From assembly GCA_052426225.1 (NCBI GenBank), contig JBNJNM010000009.1, positions 1,116,001 to 1,180,000 of the forward strand: DNA of 64,000 nucleotides. The letters run 5' to 3'. The notes beneath the pieces were generated by a model that had not been told where the DNA came from, made no database searches, and worked only from the letters and a program-made list of their open reading frames with translations. A program made the position numbers and the translations under genes. Of the stretch, positions 1 to 13,517 are shown piece by piece. How positions within the stretch are numbered: position 1 is the stretch's first letter; each line of letters starts with the position of its first letter. The stretch comes from Zancudomyces culisetae HAW-14-8 (Eukaryota; Fungi; Kickxellomycota).

Positions 1-342
1 ATAGCTCATGCCATTTTTGTCTTGAGCCTTGTGTGTCAGTATATCCCAGATATCTCCAAATTTCTTTAAAGGTTGATATTCATAATTTGCATTAGTACAG
101 TTTAATTACATAACTGCTGTATACTTTATTAAATCAAATCTTTAAATAAAATAGCGTTCTTACAACAAACAAAGAATAAAGCTGCGTACTGCTCCAACCT
201 GCTATCAGAGGTCTTATATACACCGCCCGACACGCTCTACTCTGGGACTTGTTTAAATCTATTCTCGTATATATTTATACTCATTTATTTCATCTACTTT
301 ATTACTTTTTTTTTGAGCACCTGTCATTTTGGATTTTGACAT
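1..342 (-). CDS. RRM-domain RNA-binding protein, 5' part (runs off window start)
   Basis: Manual splice of exons 342-321, 258-164 and 63-1 with GT-AG introns gives MSKSKMTDLNKSQSRACRAVYIRPLIAGWSSTQLYSLFVKFGDIWDILTHKAQDKNGMSY. This has an RNP2-like AVYIRPL, a helix, and KFGDI, typical of an RRM. Not in the ORF track. Confidence 0.6.
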
Positions 343-1994
343 TTGGATCAACCAAAATACATATTATTATTGCTGTCATTTTTCGGTGTAGTTCATTTCA
401 TGTTATTATCACTTGCAAACCATTTTCACCACTCTCCCATACCCTCTCTCTTGCTCTCTAGTTCTGCAGCATTTAATCAACCCCGAACCTCCCTCCTCCT
501 CTCCCCTAAATTGACAAATGTGAGAACAAATACATTATAATTTTACCTACCTTTAAAATCAATCGACATTTTATATCTGCGCATAAACATACAACCCAGT
601 AATTTGAAGTTTTCCAGGAGCTATGCTATCCTTAATTCGAATAGTTGTAAAGTGTGTACTGATGTTTAACTCTGAATGACTATTACTACCACAACACTTT
701 GCGATATCCAATATCAACAGCTATCCCTGAATATCTTGTACGTTTTTTATTCTTGCAGAAAGGTCAATCCAAAGTATACTAGCTATTATCGCTGTTCCTT
801 ATATCAGCAAGGTTTTCAATGGTTAAAAAATAATATTGCAACTAATGATTACTTCCAGCTGTTACTTGGTACCCAAAACAAAGGCTAAACGTGTATTTAT
901 ATTCAAAGTTCAAGTATATAGGGAGCGTAAAAACATGTATATACGGGCCTGCTATATATATTCTACAAACTCTATCACCGTCGTTTAACTTGGTCTTACT
1001 CTTTTTCTACATTTTCTCGTCCGTTTCCTTGAGTCATGTACGGTTTATGCCATTTTGGGTGATGAATGTACCGAATAAAATACATTGTAACATAAGAGAA
1101 CAAATAATACTTTGAACCAAAGTATATATGCTCCCGACAATAAAGCATTAGTATGTTTTTGATTCTTACTTTACCATTTGGTTGTGTGTAATCCCTCGAA
1201 TATAAGGACTCATAGTCATTACAACCATTCTGCAACATCTAATGCGACAATTATTCCGCTTTTATTCTCCTTTTTTTTTGTACCACATATCCTCAAAAAT
1301 AAACAGTAAAACATCCTAAAACAAACGAGCATGTAAACTCTTCATTTGCCTCCATACTAAATGCATGTTTCTATAAAACAATAATAAAAATAAAAATAAA
1401 AATAGGTGGGATGAGGCTCAAGGACAATGTTACCCGAAAACATTGTTGCTCACGGTTTAGTCTTGAACAAAATTTATTCCAGAATATAGGGAAAAGAGAT
1501 ACACCATTCAGCATATATGAACCACTAAACATCACAATTATATTTAGGTTTGCTAGTAATATGCTCATTTCTGGCTGCACTTGTCTTGATCATTAAAAGC
1601 TTATAACTATCATTGTGATGTGTGTTTTTTACTTTTTTTTTTTGAAAAAAATGCAGAATATAATAAGGGTTAATAGTTCCATAAATGATGATAAGAAGAG
1701 CCCAGTAGTACAATGTTTTTGAATAGTTTGTATCAGGTATGTAGAAGCTAGAGATCTAGTATCTAATATCTAGCATTTTGCTGAGGTGTCGTGTGTTTTC
1801 ATCATCACAACTCCTTATAAATGCCCATATACATCACAATTTTTTTCTTTTTTTTTTACCTTGTTTGCTTTGCTGAGTTTTAACCAGAAAACTGAGACAA
1901 TGAAAGTCGTATTTTGAAGCAAGGACCAGTGGAAAGGACGCTTAAAAAATGTCAATTTTTACTCCTTTTTTTTGAGAGTAAGTGAGAGGTATAG

Positions 1995-2042
1995 GTTGGG
2001 TTGAGTTGAGTTGAGTTGAGTTGAGTTGAGTTGAGTTGAGTT
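1995..2042. repeat. (GTTGA)n pentanucleotide microsatellite
   Basis: About 9 tandem units downstream of the VPS27 stop codon. Confidence 0.9.
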
Positions 2043-2173
2043 ATATACCTACCATCTTTAAATAAAGATAAAGAAGGCTTTATAAATACTGAAAATATAA
2101 ACTATCAAACGAAATAAAGCCAAAGAGTGAAACTGCTCCTAATACAACATTAATACAAAACAGAAAACTAGAG

Positions 2174-4908
2174 CTAAAACTGAATCAAGTCTCCTTCCTC
2201 AACAGAAGCTGAATCGTCCTTGAAAGGTGGTGTTTTCCCTTGATCCTGTATGTATGTAGGAGCCATGGGTTTTATTTCAGGAGCAGGATTTATTGGAGGA
2301 TAATGAGGCTGTGGTTGCAACTGTGGCTGTGGTTGAAGATGAGGATGTGAGGGTGGTGGGTAGTTTTGTGTTTCAGCAGGTGCCTGGTTGTCCATAGTAA
2401 GCTGAGGTTGTACGTGATATGAGTTTGCAGAAATATTAGCATCCTTGGATGTGGATGGAGGAGCGTTTGCGGCTGCAAAGCCCATAGACGACGGAGGAGG
2501 TTGAGAAAATTGGTTGGTAATTGAGTTATTTGTGTTTTCTATATGCTGCTGCTGCTGTTGAGGCTGTTGATATTGCTGATCACGTTGTTGTGGGTATACA
2601 GGATGAACTTGGTGTCCCTCCGCAAAATGAGTGGTTGGTTGGGCGGGCTGAAGAGTAACTGGATTGGGATTTATATTAGAGCTGAAGGAAGTAGTTTGCG
2701 GTTGATAGTTGGGAGCAAACGGATTGTAGTTGTTGTATGGAACCGTAGAAGCTGGTGCTTTAGGCCCAAGTGAGGGATATGCATATGTTTGTCCAGGTAG
2801 CAGGCGTTGATCTAAAAACTGGTCATAAATTTTGATTGCAGATAAAATCCGGTCATGTAGCTTTAAAAATTCTTGAATTTTAGTATCGTTCTGTACAATT
2901 TCAGTCCGAATTTTTCCTTTGATTTTCTTAATCTCCTCAACCAAATACTGCATCTGCTGATTATCCCTAATGTCTCTTCCCGAATATTGAATTTGCGACA
3001 ATAATGTCCTGAATAAGTTTATGTCGTCCATTTCAGAAGATGTTAAAAGCTGGTCCGAAGCTTTTTGTTGTGGTTTTGCTTGAGGAGTATATGTATCTAT
3101 ATCTATATCAAAGTCGTCTAAAACCGAAAAGTTATCCGAAATGCTAGATCCTGAGGATCCTGGAACCTTTGGATAAAATTCGGATTCATAGGCGGTCAAT
3201 GGCGATTTTAGTGTATTTTCATGATTGGCAACTGCAGTGCTGCTGTAATTGTACATATAACTGGGTTTTGCGTCTCGTAGCGAAGCCTCAATAGCCGCCT
3301 TTAAATCCAATTCTTCCTGCTCCTCTGTAGTCTTTTCTGGTGTCTTTGGCTTTACCACCTGTACCTCTGGTCCCTTCACATCTTTCAGCGAAAGTTCGAT
3401 GGCTCGTTTAAGGTCTTCATCTTCGTCAGATAATTTCTTGTCTGTTTTATCCCCACCTCTTTGTGAGTTTATTACATCTCTTGGCTGGCTGTTCAGGCTA
3501 TGTTCGAAAATACAACAAAATATTCATAAGACTATGAAGCTGAATGCACGTTCTATAGTATTACAATGTACAATACAATACTTACACTTCTCTAACTACA
3601 TTAGTCAAGACCAGATAACATCCATGACAAACTCTGACTTGATCATTAATTCCAAACTTTGGTAGAGCAATATAGTTGTTAGCACAGTCATTACAATAAC
3701 ATTTACCACAATTCCTGCAATGGTGTTTGCGGTTTGAAAACGTAAAGGCTGTTTGACATCTCATACAGTAATCGCTGTCTACCCATGCAGGAGCCTATTA
3801 ATTAAATATCGAATAATGATATGTGGATGTTCATGAGCACTACCTGTTTTTCAATAAAAAATAAAAAAACAAACACAAAAACTTTTAATATGGTTATCAA
3901 GAAAATTGGTACTTACAGTTGGAGTCTGGATAATTGTATTTGTTACCGAATGAACCCTCCGATTTGAAACCCTACCTGTTGTATTGTACAAAACCCATTA
4001 GACCCACATTCATACTTTATATAGTAACTTTTTGTTTTACCTTGTCTTTTTAGTTTTTCAAAAACTTCGACAGTGTAATATAGCGCTGAATCTCCTTTAA
4101 ATGCCATGGCCCATGACTCTAAAACTGCCAGGATTTCATCCTTCAATTCGACACTTGTAGTTTTCTAGTTAAATTTTACATTTTTAGCATTTTTAGTATC
4201 TTTAGTTATTAAAAATGTATTTTTTAAACAAAATTATTCGTTTGTTGGTATCCTTGAATATGCCAGTATGAATACAATCTGAACTTACGCTCGAATTTAA
4301 TATCACCACCAAAGCATCAATAAATTCCCCCTTCGCTATCTCAGTAACAAACTCCCTCCCAGAGTTTTTGACCAGGATATCTGCAAGCTATTTAATAGTT
4401 TCCGCATTTTTTTTCCGTCAAAGTTAGTAAATAATAAGAGAATACTACTATTGAAGCCTTGATGCACTGTATTTGTCACAAATGGAAGAACTCTAATTGT
4501 TAGCCTAGCTTGAAAACAAAAAATAGAAAACGGAGCTCAAAAAGCTTACCTTTACTGCTTTAATCTGGACATTTGGATTTAAATGTTCCAGCCTTCCCTT
4601 TAAAGATTTACAAACTTCTTTAGCGGCGTACTGTTTTGTTTTAATCTTATCCGAGTAATCCAAGGCAGCAGCATAGTCTATTTCATATCCATAGCCTTCC
4701 TCAGAAGTGATTTCCTCTACAATACATACAGAGACAACAGGTGTTAGTTAATTAGATGTGGCTTAAAATTTAAACCCTTTAGATTAATACAAAGGTGGAA
4801 TGGGGGGGATGGACCAGACATAGTTGTAGGTTTATAATTTGATAATTTGACTGTTCACTAACCTAGCTCTTGTTCCAAAGCATTTCCAAACAGAAATCTA
4901 GCAACCAT
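2174..4908 (-). CDS. VPS27: ESCRT-0 subunit Vps27/Hrs (VHS-FYVE-2xUIM), multi-exon
   Basis: Start [15 protein letters not shown] at 4908; VHS exons; FYVE motif [19 protein letters not shown]; UIMs [12 protein letters not shown] and [12 protein letters not shown]; P/Q-rich tail ending in clathrin-box-like LIQF. Confidence 0.93.
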
Positions 4909-5751
4909 TTTTCGCTAGTACGTATTATTGTTATACTACTACAAAGTATAAAGTATTTAAGCTATTTGTAGAAAGAACAAAAAAATGTTAAAGTTAATAA
5001 AGCTGAGTAAATAGACAAAATAAACTACAACTCGAAAGCTGGAGAAGCAAAATAAAAAGTGTGGTGAATTTTTGGAAGAAAAAAATAGACGCGAAATTAT
5101 GGCTTCTCAATCCAAAGCAGGTGAAACACAGCTCTTGCCAAGCCTATTTGCTCTGGTGCTGGGCTTATTTTGCCCTGATGTTGTACGTAATACCAGCAGC
5201 TTTATGAGAAGTTGATTACTAAGATTTCTGGGAACTTAAAGAATTCCAAAATGCTGTTCTGCTTAGTGGATATTGTAACTATATAAAAAAAAGTGGGATA
5301 ATGATATTTAAAGAAAGGCGTACAATTGAGACAAGGATACATACCATGATGACAAACACCATGCTTATAGTATTCCTGAAAATTGGCAGGTATACTCAAG
5401 CGAATACATTTCTGTTGCTCATGGTGGAGCTAGTAGGATAAGAGTAATAGATTAAATGCCTGGTTATATTTGTCTATCATGCAACAACTCGCTTCGTTGA
5501 TAATTTTATGAGAGTTAGTATACTAACCAGAAACTATAATATTTCAAATACAGCTCAATAACTGTAAATATAGCACAAAAATAATGACCGTAATCCCACC
5601 ATACAACGAACACTAGAATTAACGCCAGATAAAAGAACCGGTTATTTAATATTACATTTTATTCATAATTTGCACATAACACAATTATCTAGGAAAGTAT
5701 GTAAAAAATGTACAAAATCTGTAAATAAAATCCAAAAAAGTCAAAATGCAA

Positions 5752-5833
5752 CGTCGGCGACAGGATTTGAACCTGTGCGGGCAGAGCCCAACAGATTTCT
5801 AGTCTGTCTCCTTAACCACTCGGACACACCGAC
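5752..5833 (-). tRNA. tRNA-Ser(AGA)
   Basis: 82-nt cloverleaf GTCGGTG..CGCCGACG; anticodon arm ACAGA-CTAGAAA-TCTGT; long variable arm; GTTCAAATCC T-loop; G discriminator; downstream T-runs as Pol III terminator. Confidence 0.97.
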
Positions 5834-6128
5834 TGTTTTTTTTAAAGAAATTTATAAAACTATCTTCATTACAATTTATTTCTAAAACTGTACTCAAAAT
5901 ATACTTTTTGGAATTCAATCCACTCTAATACTTACATTAAACCATATTCCGTTACAAGTTCCACAATCGAGAAAAGGTTAATTGTAGTGCCAGGATTACC
6001 ACAACCAAAAAATTAGACAAAAGCAAATGGATTTTCAAAAGTTTTATTGCTTCGAAATTAGTACCAAACAGTCAAAATTAAATTATTAAAATGTAATAGC
6101 AGGACGAAACGAAAATAATTAAAAAAAA

Positions 6129-7571
6129 CTAGGCCTTGACTGAAGTAGAAACCATGTTGCGGACCAAAATAGCGCTTTTGAATTCAGCGTCAATCTGCTC
6201 ATAGGTTTTGCCTTTGGTCTCAGGGTAGAATGCCCACACCAAAAATGCAGCAACAACCATAGATGCACCAAAGATCAGATAGAGTCCCCATCCTAATGGA
6301 TTAATGATAATTGGGACAACCAAACCAATAATAAAGTTCATCACCCAGTTGCTGGCAGCTGTGATTGAGGTGGCCTTTGACCTCATAGCAGTGGAGAAAA
6401 TTTCTGGTGGGTAGATCCAGCAGACTGGACCCCATGAAACAGCAAAGAAGCACAAGAACGCGTATAAGAAAATAAGACCAGCCCATGCACATGACTTGTT
6501 GGTGTAGCCATAATCACCATTATCATTCCATCCTCCGCCAATCAGCGATGTGATTACTACAACAAAGTGGCAAAGAGCAGCACCGATGGCGCCAAAGATC
6601 AAAAGCTTTCTTCTACCCAACTTATCAACATAAATGACGGCTGGGATGGTGGACACAAAGTTGACCACACCTACCATAGCAGCTCCAATAAAAACACCGT
6701 CTCCTGAAGTGAGGTTTGTGGTTTTGACGATTTGTCCAGCATAGTAAATGATAGCATTGATTCCTGTAAGTTGTTGCAAGACTTGAAGGATAATACCAAG
6801 GAGGAGTTTTCTGAATTGTTGACCAAACAGTGTGCCGTATGAAGCTACTTCTGTTTGTCTTTCTCTCTCGATTTCAGCTTCAATTTCATCAGCTTCCCTC
6901 ATGATCTTCTCATTTGCTTCTGATGCGCTTCTGAGTCTCATCAAAGATTTGATGGCATCTTCTTTTCTTCCCTTTGACATCAACCATCTTGGTGAATATG
7001 GCATAGTTACCATAATGATTGTGAAGAGGGCACAGACTACAAGTTGGAAAATGAATACGCCTCTCCATTGGAAGTTGTTCTTTTTGATGGTATTGAATGC
7101 TGCGTCTATCCAAAAGGCCATCATAATACCGAATGTAATGGCAAACTGCTGGAGTGAGATGAGACGACCTCTGATAGCTGGATGTGAAAGCTCTGATTGA
7201 TAAGTGGGGACGACGGCTGAGATGATACCAACACCGAGACCTGCAATTGTTCTTGCGGCAGTAAGCATGCCCAGATTTACTGAAAATGCTTCAAGTGCTA
7301 CACCAACCAACATAATCACTCCAGCCATGATCAAAGAACGTTTTCTTGAAAGTTTATCTGCTAGTGGACCGGCAGCTACTGATCCCAAGAAACATCCCAA
7401 GGTCAAGAAAGAGACGACTAGCCCCTTACTTGAGCTCGATGGATCGTTGAAGTATTTCACAAAGTTATCCATAATCAATATTGAGGATATATCTGCGATC
7501 TCAAATCCGAACAGGAATCCTCCCATAGCAGCCGCAGTTGCGACCACGTATGTCATTGTGTGTTCTCCCAT
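6129..7571 (-). CDS. MFS sugar porter (high-affinity glucose transporter-like), intronless
   Basis: First ATG at 7571 (the ORF track opens at an upstream TTG); motifs GGFLFG, DKLSRK, QQLTGINAIIYY, DKLGRR, PETKG; multiple hydrophobic segments. Confidence 0.95.
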   Translation of the reverse strand: MGEHTMTYVVATAAAMGGFLFGFEIADISSILIMDNFVKYFNDPSSSSKGLVVSFLTLGCFLGSVAAGPLADKLSRKRSLIMAGVIMLVGVALEAFSVNLGMLTAARTIAGLGVGIISAVVPTYQSELSHPAIRGRLISLQQFAITFGIMMAFWIDAAFNTIKKNNFQWRGVFIFQLVVCALFTIIMVTMPYSPRWLMSKGRKEDAIKSLMRLRSASEANEKIMREADEIEAEIERERQTEVASYGTLFGQQFRKLLLGIILQVLQQLTGINAIIYYAGQIVKTTNLTSGDGVFIGAAMVGVVNFVSTIPAVIYVDKLGRRKLLIFGAIGAALCHFVVVITSLIGGGWNDNGDYGYTNKSCAWAGLIFLYAFLCFFAVSWGPVCWIYPPEIFSTAMRSKATSITAASNWVMNFIIGLVVPIIINPLGWGLYLIFGASMVVAAFLVWAFYPETKGKTYEQIDAEFKSAILVRNMVSTSVKA

Positions 7572-7666
7572 TTTGATACTTTTAAACAACTGACTACTCT
7601 TTTTTGTATAAATGATAGTGATGTCTTTTTTTCTTTGATTCCTTTGAAAATTCTGAAACTATCGGG

Positions 7667-7674
7667 TTTATATA
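7667..7674 (-). promoter_or_regulatory. Candidate TATA box of sugar transporter
   Basis: TATATAAA on the minus strand about 100 bp upstream of the ATG. Confidence 0.4.
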
Positions 7675-10600
7675 CTCGTCAGAAACTGAAAAAATTTTTT
7701 TGTTAAAGGTATCTCAAGACAGTCTCTTAATATTTTCACGAGATAGCTCAACCTGGTCTTTGCCCCTGATTCTAGTACTGTTCTAGTTTTTTATTACCAA
7801 ATATAACCTTAAAAGACTTATACGTATGGGCGAAATGCGATTTCCACCGAAGTGCAACAAAATGTGACAAATTGTGTTTATGAAAGTATATGGTAGGTTG
7901 TATGGATACACCAATAATGCATTTCAAGCTGGCATTCTTTTTTTATTACTAATACGGATCCACCACCTGTTCCAATTTTGGCACTATACAGGCTGGCCTT
8001 TATTTTTGCGCTAATGTGTTTACTTTTCATGAAGGTACTACCGATTAACCCGGTTTACAAAAAAAAAATAAAGCAAAATGCTCTCCCTCGCCTCTAATTT
8101 AGTTTGTCGAATTGATGAAATTGATTTTTTTTCCGTTTTGGGCCTATTACTGAACTAAATTACTATTGGTCATAAATAAAATCGTATTATAGAATTATGT
8201 TATAAAAATAATTTTGAAAGCTAACAGCCAACAAATACTAGTTAAACGATGCGATGATACTTTGAAAGATATATTGTCTTGAAATTAAAAGACAAGATCA
8301 CCTACATTTTGATAAATCACATTTTTAAAAAAGCAGCAAAGAGTTTGAAAATAATGGGGAAAGCCGTACTCGTAATTTTTTTATTCCTTTTATCCGTTCA
8401 TATTTTGATGTTGTTTTTGAAACAATGTGGCGGCTATTCAGCCAGTAGAGTCCTTTGAATCATTTGCTTTGGCCTATTATGGCAAATGCGGTAATTAAAC
8501 TTGGTTACAAAACAAATTTCCAGCATAACTATGTTTTTTTTATAAAATGAACCAATAGAGAGTACACTTTATCGTTCTTGCTGAGCGTTTACGGTGGCTT
8601 ATTTTTTTCTTTGCAACGTGTCTCCTGGCTTGAGAAAATCTACATTTCCCCCCTGCCAGTTGTTTTTTTTTTCATTTCACATAGATGTGGCCAATTACCC
8701 AAACACGCCCAGTTTAGGTTACTCTTGGACATATCACCATAAAAGCAATATGGTGTCAGGATCAACCGCATATCATGATGAAGAAATATTTTTCAAAGCC
8801 TAGCAAACCTCGGCACGGAGGAGAAGTAATATCAGACAACGTTTTTATGCGAGTTAACAGCACAAAATGGTATGATATTTGTATTTTTACAAAAAACTGA
8901 ATTACTCAATGACCAGACTTTGGCGAAACTACAGGCTAATCGGCCTAAAAAAAAACTTTTACATACCAAGAAGTTTCTTACAAAAATTTTGCACATTTTC
9001 AGCTATTTTTGAAATGGGGTTTCGTATAAAATTACTGAGCATTTACGTTTTACGTTTTACGCTTTTATTTCATTGAATCAATATCTCTATCTAAGCCCAA
9101 AAGATGGCTGAATCGGTGATAATTTAACAAATCAATGAAAGTGCATACGTATTTGATTTGTCAATAATAATTTCGCAAATAATCCAGCCTTCCCGGAATT
9201 TCACTCGCTCTTACTTCTGAAATTGCTCATCTATGCTATAAAATAAAAGAATTAAAAAAAAAATAAATCATCCCAAATGTTCTAATAACGCTTTCCATAA
9301 AACCTGTAATGATTATCACCTGACGCAGAATAGAAGCTGCATCAATAGATGTCCGTATTTGACTTTAGCCTAGCCTTCCCAGCAATCCTCAATAAAAAGC
9401 GCTAATTAAATAATCAATTCAAGTAAAAAACTTCATTTGGCAAATAAAGCACAACTTCTATCCCCATATTAACAAAGAGATCAGGATATTTTTTAACGCG
9501 AATTTCTTACTCGCTGTTTGCTATAGCACCATAATACGTTTTGTGAGCATCAGTTGATATTTTGTCTTTATGTTCACGTTTTTTTCCTCATAGTGCTAAT
9601 AACTCTCTTATTCGAGCTATTAAAAAAAATGTTAACTGTGCTAACCTAGCAACGATCTACCCTTTGTGTGGCATTTAGTTCTCAGAATTCGAGACATGGC
9701 TCAAAATAAAGTAATTTTCTTGTTTTGCACTACCTGAATGCCAAATGTAACTGAGTTATCCAATACAATTTAATCTAAATTTGCGTTCCGATTTTTATAT
9801 TTGGTTGTATTTTGTATTGACCAAGATTTATAAAAGCAAGTAAAATTTAGCTACTACTTTCTATTGGGTCTAAATTAGCATTTGTCCTTTTATGACCAAT
9901 CTGCGCATTCAGAATGCATTGTCATCAAATCTCTGGAGATTTTTTTTTATTGCAATGCTAATTATGGCGTATTGCCTAACAATAATAAAAGATAGTAAAT
10001 ATCATCTGCCTATTCCAAAGTAAGTGAACGACTTTTTACAAAAGGTAGCACATGAAAGGCAAAAATGGGGTTGAAGACCAAAAAATGCCCACCTTTTATT
10101 TACTGAGAATTGGTGACTACTATTAAAATCAACCTGTGAATGTCTTGCCATCCAGCTCATTGTTTTCGATGTTTCTGATCAAAGTAGCGCAAATGTGCAA
10201 ATTTATATATATAACTGTGACATGAGTCTATAAACTGCAACACACTATTATAAGAGACAAAGCAGTCCAGTACGTAATCTTTGTCTATTTCTGTGTTTAC
10301 AAAAAAAAAAGTCAATAAAAACAATAAATTATATGAACATGTCTAGAGCCTGCAAGTATTCACTCTCTTGTTAAAGATGGTAAATACTGGTGTCAGCCGA
10401 TTTAGTTAAGCTTTACAGATGTGAGATGGGTAAATACAAGACTAAACTATAATCATTGAGTTGTGAATCGATAAAATGAAATACACAACGAGAAATCGAT
10501 AAGAACGCACATTTTTTTAAGGGGTGAAGTGGTAAATTGTGCTAATTAGTTGGTGCTACTATTGCGCTCTTTGATATAACCATGTTAACAAAATTTTCAG

Positions 10601-11804
10601 TATTTTGTTAGAAAAAATAGTAACTGCTAAAAATGATTACACTTAGCTGGTATATAAATTGTGTAAAAGTCAACAGAAATGCTAAATAGCTTTGGACCTT
10701 TATTTTTAGGTTTTGGAAAGCTTATGCACACACACCTCATTAGCAAAACCAATTACTATTGATTATTTTATGCCACCGCTGTTAGTGGGTAGCACCAGCT
10801 TTTTTTTGTTGTTGGTGTTTTTATGAAAATAAAGCGAATATTAATCTTCTTAAATGGGATGAAATAGGTAATCATTAAATTTAACTGGTTTGTTCCACAA
10901 TACACATTTTCTTGAATCGCTCTTTGTAATTTCATCATATAGTAATATAATATGTTATTTATGATGTTTTTTATTTCTCATAATTTATTCAAGCAAGATG
11001 TTCCCAAGGTAATTTTGGTTGGAATCTATTAAATAAAAAAAATTTTACCAACAAAAAAAATAGATGGATTACTCTCGAAAAGGAGATGGGAAAACTGGCG
11101 AGTTATGATTCATTAATACTATGCGATCTTTTACAAAACGGTGATGTGTTTAACACCTTTGGTTTCCTTATACTTCAAATATGAATTCCGTAATAATATC
11201 ACAATCATGCTGACAAAAAGAAAACTTGTAATTCAACAGGTTAAGTATTACTTTGTGCTTATGAAAATCCAGTTTCCCGGTTTTGCGATACTCCACAAAT
11301 GTATGTGTACCTGTGTTTCCATTCGCCTCATCCCAACTAACGCTATCTTATTTTAAATTATATTTATTCTATTGAATACAATCTCCTTTTTTTAAAATGT
11401 ATTTTGAAGCAGCTTTTGTGGTATCCACTGATCACCAATCGTGTAAACATGTTAATTTGTATTTAACTAGAACCTAGAACACAGTAAACTCAGACATACT
11501 CAAAAAGTCAAGTAAACTTCTCTTGAATTCTCTACCTTAGTGTAAACGTCGTAGATGACAACCACACTAACACCTTCCTCTCGGTTTTTTCCACGTTCAC
11601 TGTTAGGCCAAGGCTAAAAGAAAAGGTTCCCATGAGAAAAGATCCAGTTTCGGCTACTAATACTAATGGTAATGGTAATTTTTTATTAGATACAAAAACT
11701 CCACATACAATCTGGTACCCAGAAAGCAAAAGGAAAAATGAAATTAATGATGAAATCAATGTAATTAAAAATAAAATAAAACAAGTTAATAATATTCAGA
11801 GAAT

Positions 11805-13427
11805 CTAGACTTGAGGAGCTGAAGCCAAGATCTCAGCAGTGGCTTGATCCTCAAAAGTCTTGAAGTTGTTGATAAAGAGAGTACCCAGCTTCTTCAAAGA
11901 TTCGAGGTAGTCTCCAGATTCAGCCTTCCAGCTCTTTGCGGGGTCTAAGATTTCTGCAGGGACACCGGTGCAGGATGTAGGTACAGCTAGATTGAATACT
12001 GGTGAGGTAACAAACTCGGCCTTCTCAAGCTCTCCAGAGTGGATGGCATCGATGAGAGCTCTTGAGTACTTAAGACTGATGCGAGAACCAACTCCGTATT
12101 TACCACCGTTCCATCCTGTGTTTACAAGCCAGACGTTGACCTTGTGTTGCTGCATCTTTTCGGCAAGCATTGTTGCGTATTTGACTGGGTGGAACACCAA
12201 GAAGGGTTGACCGAAGCATGCAGAGAATGTGGCTTCTGGTTCTGTAATGCCTTCTTCAGTGCCAGCAACCTTGGCAGTATAGCCAGAAATGAAGTGGTAC
12301 ATGGCTTGGGAGGAGGTCAACTTGGAAATTGGGGGCAATACACCGAATGCATCACATGTAAGGAAAACAATATTCTTTGGATGTCCAGCAACACATGGAA
12401 CTTTGGCGTTTGGAATAAACTCAATTGGGTATGAAGCACGTGTGTTCTCAGTGATGACTCCAGAGTCATAATCTACTTCTCTGTTGAATGGGTCAAAGAC
12501 AACGTTCTCCAAGACAGTCCCAAATCTAATGGCGTTGTAAATATCTGGTTCCTTTTCGGCGGAAAGGTTGATGGCCTTGGCATAACATCCTCCCTCAATG
12601 TTGAAGGTTCCTTGGTCGGTCCAGCAGTGCTCGTCATCACCAATCAGGAAACGCTTGGGGTCAGCTGACAAGGTGGTTTTTCCAGTACCTGAAAGACCAA
12701 AGAACAGTGTGACATCTGAAGGGTCTTGGCCAACGTTTAGTGAGGAGTGGAGTGAAAGAACTCCAGCCTTTGGCATGAAGTAGTGCATAACTGTAAAGAC
12801 TCCCTTCTTCATTTCTCCGGCGTATTCAGTTCCAAGAATCACCATCTTTCTTTGTTCAAAGCTGAGAGAGATAGAAGTGTCACTGCTCATTCCTTCTGTA
12901 AATCTGTTTGCTGGGAACTGTCCGGCGTTCAGAATAGTAAAATCTGGCTCACCAAAGTGCTCAAGCTCCTCTTTGCTTGGTCTGATCAACATGTTACGCA
13001 TGAAAAGTGCATGGTATGGTCTGGCACAGACAATTCTAATCTTCAAGCGGTACTTTGGATCCCATCCTGCAAATCCATCTACTACATACAAGCGTTCACG
13101 GGTGTTTAGATAGTCAACTGCTCTCTCGTGGTTGATATCAAAGGCCTTTTTTGAAAGCTTAGTATTTACTGGTCCCCACCATACTTCGTCTCTTGTGCTG
13201 TCTTCATCAACAACACGCTTGTCCTTTGGTGATCTCCCCTTCTTCTTTCCTGACAATGTAGCCATAGCACCAGTGCTGGAGATAAAGGTCTTGTCTGGTT
13301 CATATCTCAGGGCTTCCTCATAGAGCTGGCAGACTGGGAGATTGTTTCTGACGTTAATGTGGTCATAATCAATTCCCTCCTTCTTGAAGTCTTGTTCGAC
13401 TGTATCATCTACAATACCGTAAAACAT
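11805..13427 (-). CDS. PCK1: Phosphoenolpyruvate carboxykinase (ATP), intronless
   Basis: GRSPKDK, YAGEMKK, P-loop [24 protein letters not shown]; first ATG at 13427. Confidence 0.98.
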   Translation of the reverse strand: MFYGIVDDTVEQDFKKEGIDYDHINVRNNLPVCQLYEEALRYEPDKTFISSTGAMATLSGKKKGRSPKDKRVVDEDSTRDEVWWGPVNTKLSKKAFDINHERAVDYLNTRERLYVVDGFAGWDPKYRLKIRIVCARPYHALFMRNMLIRPSKEELEHFGEPDFTILNAGQFPANRFTEGMSSDTSISLSFEQRKMVILGTEYAGEMKKGVFTVMHYFMPKAGVLSLHSSLNVGQDPSDVTLFFGLSGTGKTTLSADPKRFLIGDDEHCWTDQGTFNIEGGCYAKAINLSAEKEPDIYNAIRFGTVLENVVFDPFNREVDYDSGVITENTRASYPIEFIPNAKVPCVAGHPKNIVFLTCDAFGVLPPISKLTSSQAMYHFISGYTAKVAGTEEGITEPEATFSACFGQPFLVFHPVKYATMLAEKMQQHKVNVWLVNTGWNGGKYGVGSRISLKYSRALIDAIHSGELEKAEFVTSPVFNLAVPTSCTGVPAEILDPAKSWKAESGDYLESLKKLGTLFINNFKTFEDQATAEILASAPQV

Positions 13428-13509
13428 CTTTTCCTTCCTTCTATTATTCACTTAAAGCTGTAAGTATTTCTTAAAGATAAACTTTTCTGGTCAGGGTCAA
13501 AGCTGATGC

Positions 13510-13517
13510 TATTTATA
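13510..13517 (-). promoter_or_regulatory. Candidate TATA box of PCK1
   Basis: TATAAATA on the minus strand about 85 bp upstream of the ATG. Confidence 0.45.

Noticed and set aside
5752-5833. Possible recoding, suppressor or Sec tRNA
   Set aside because: Ordinary Ser body with AGA anticodon; no in-frame UGA was needed in any reconstructed gene
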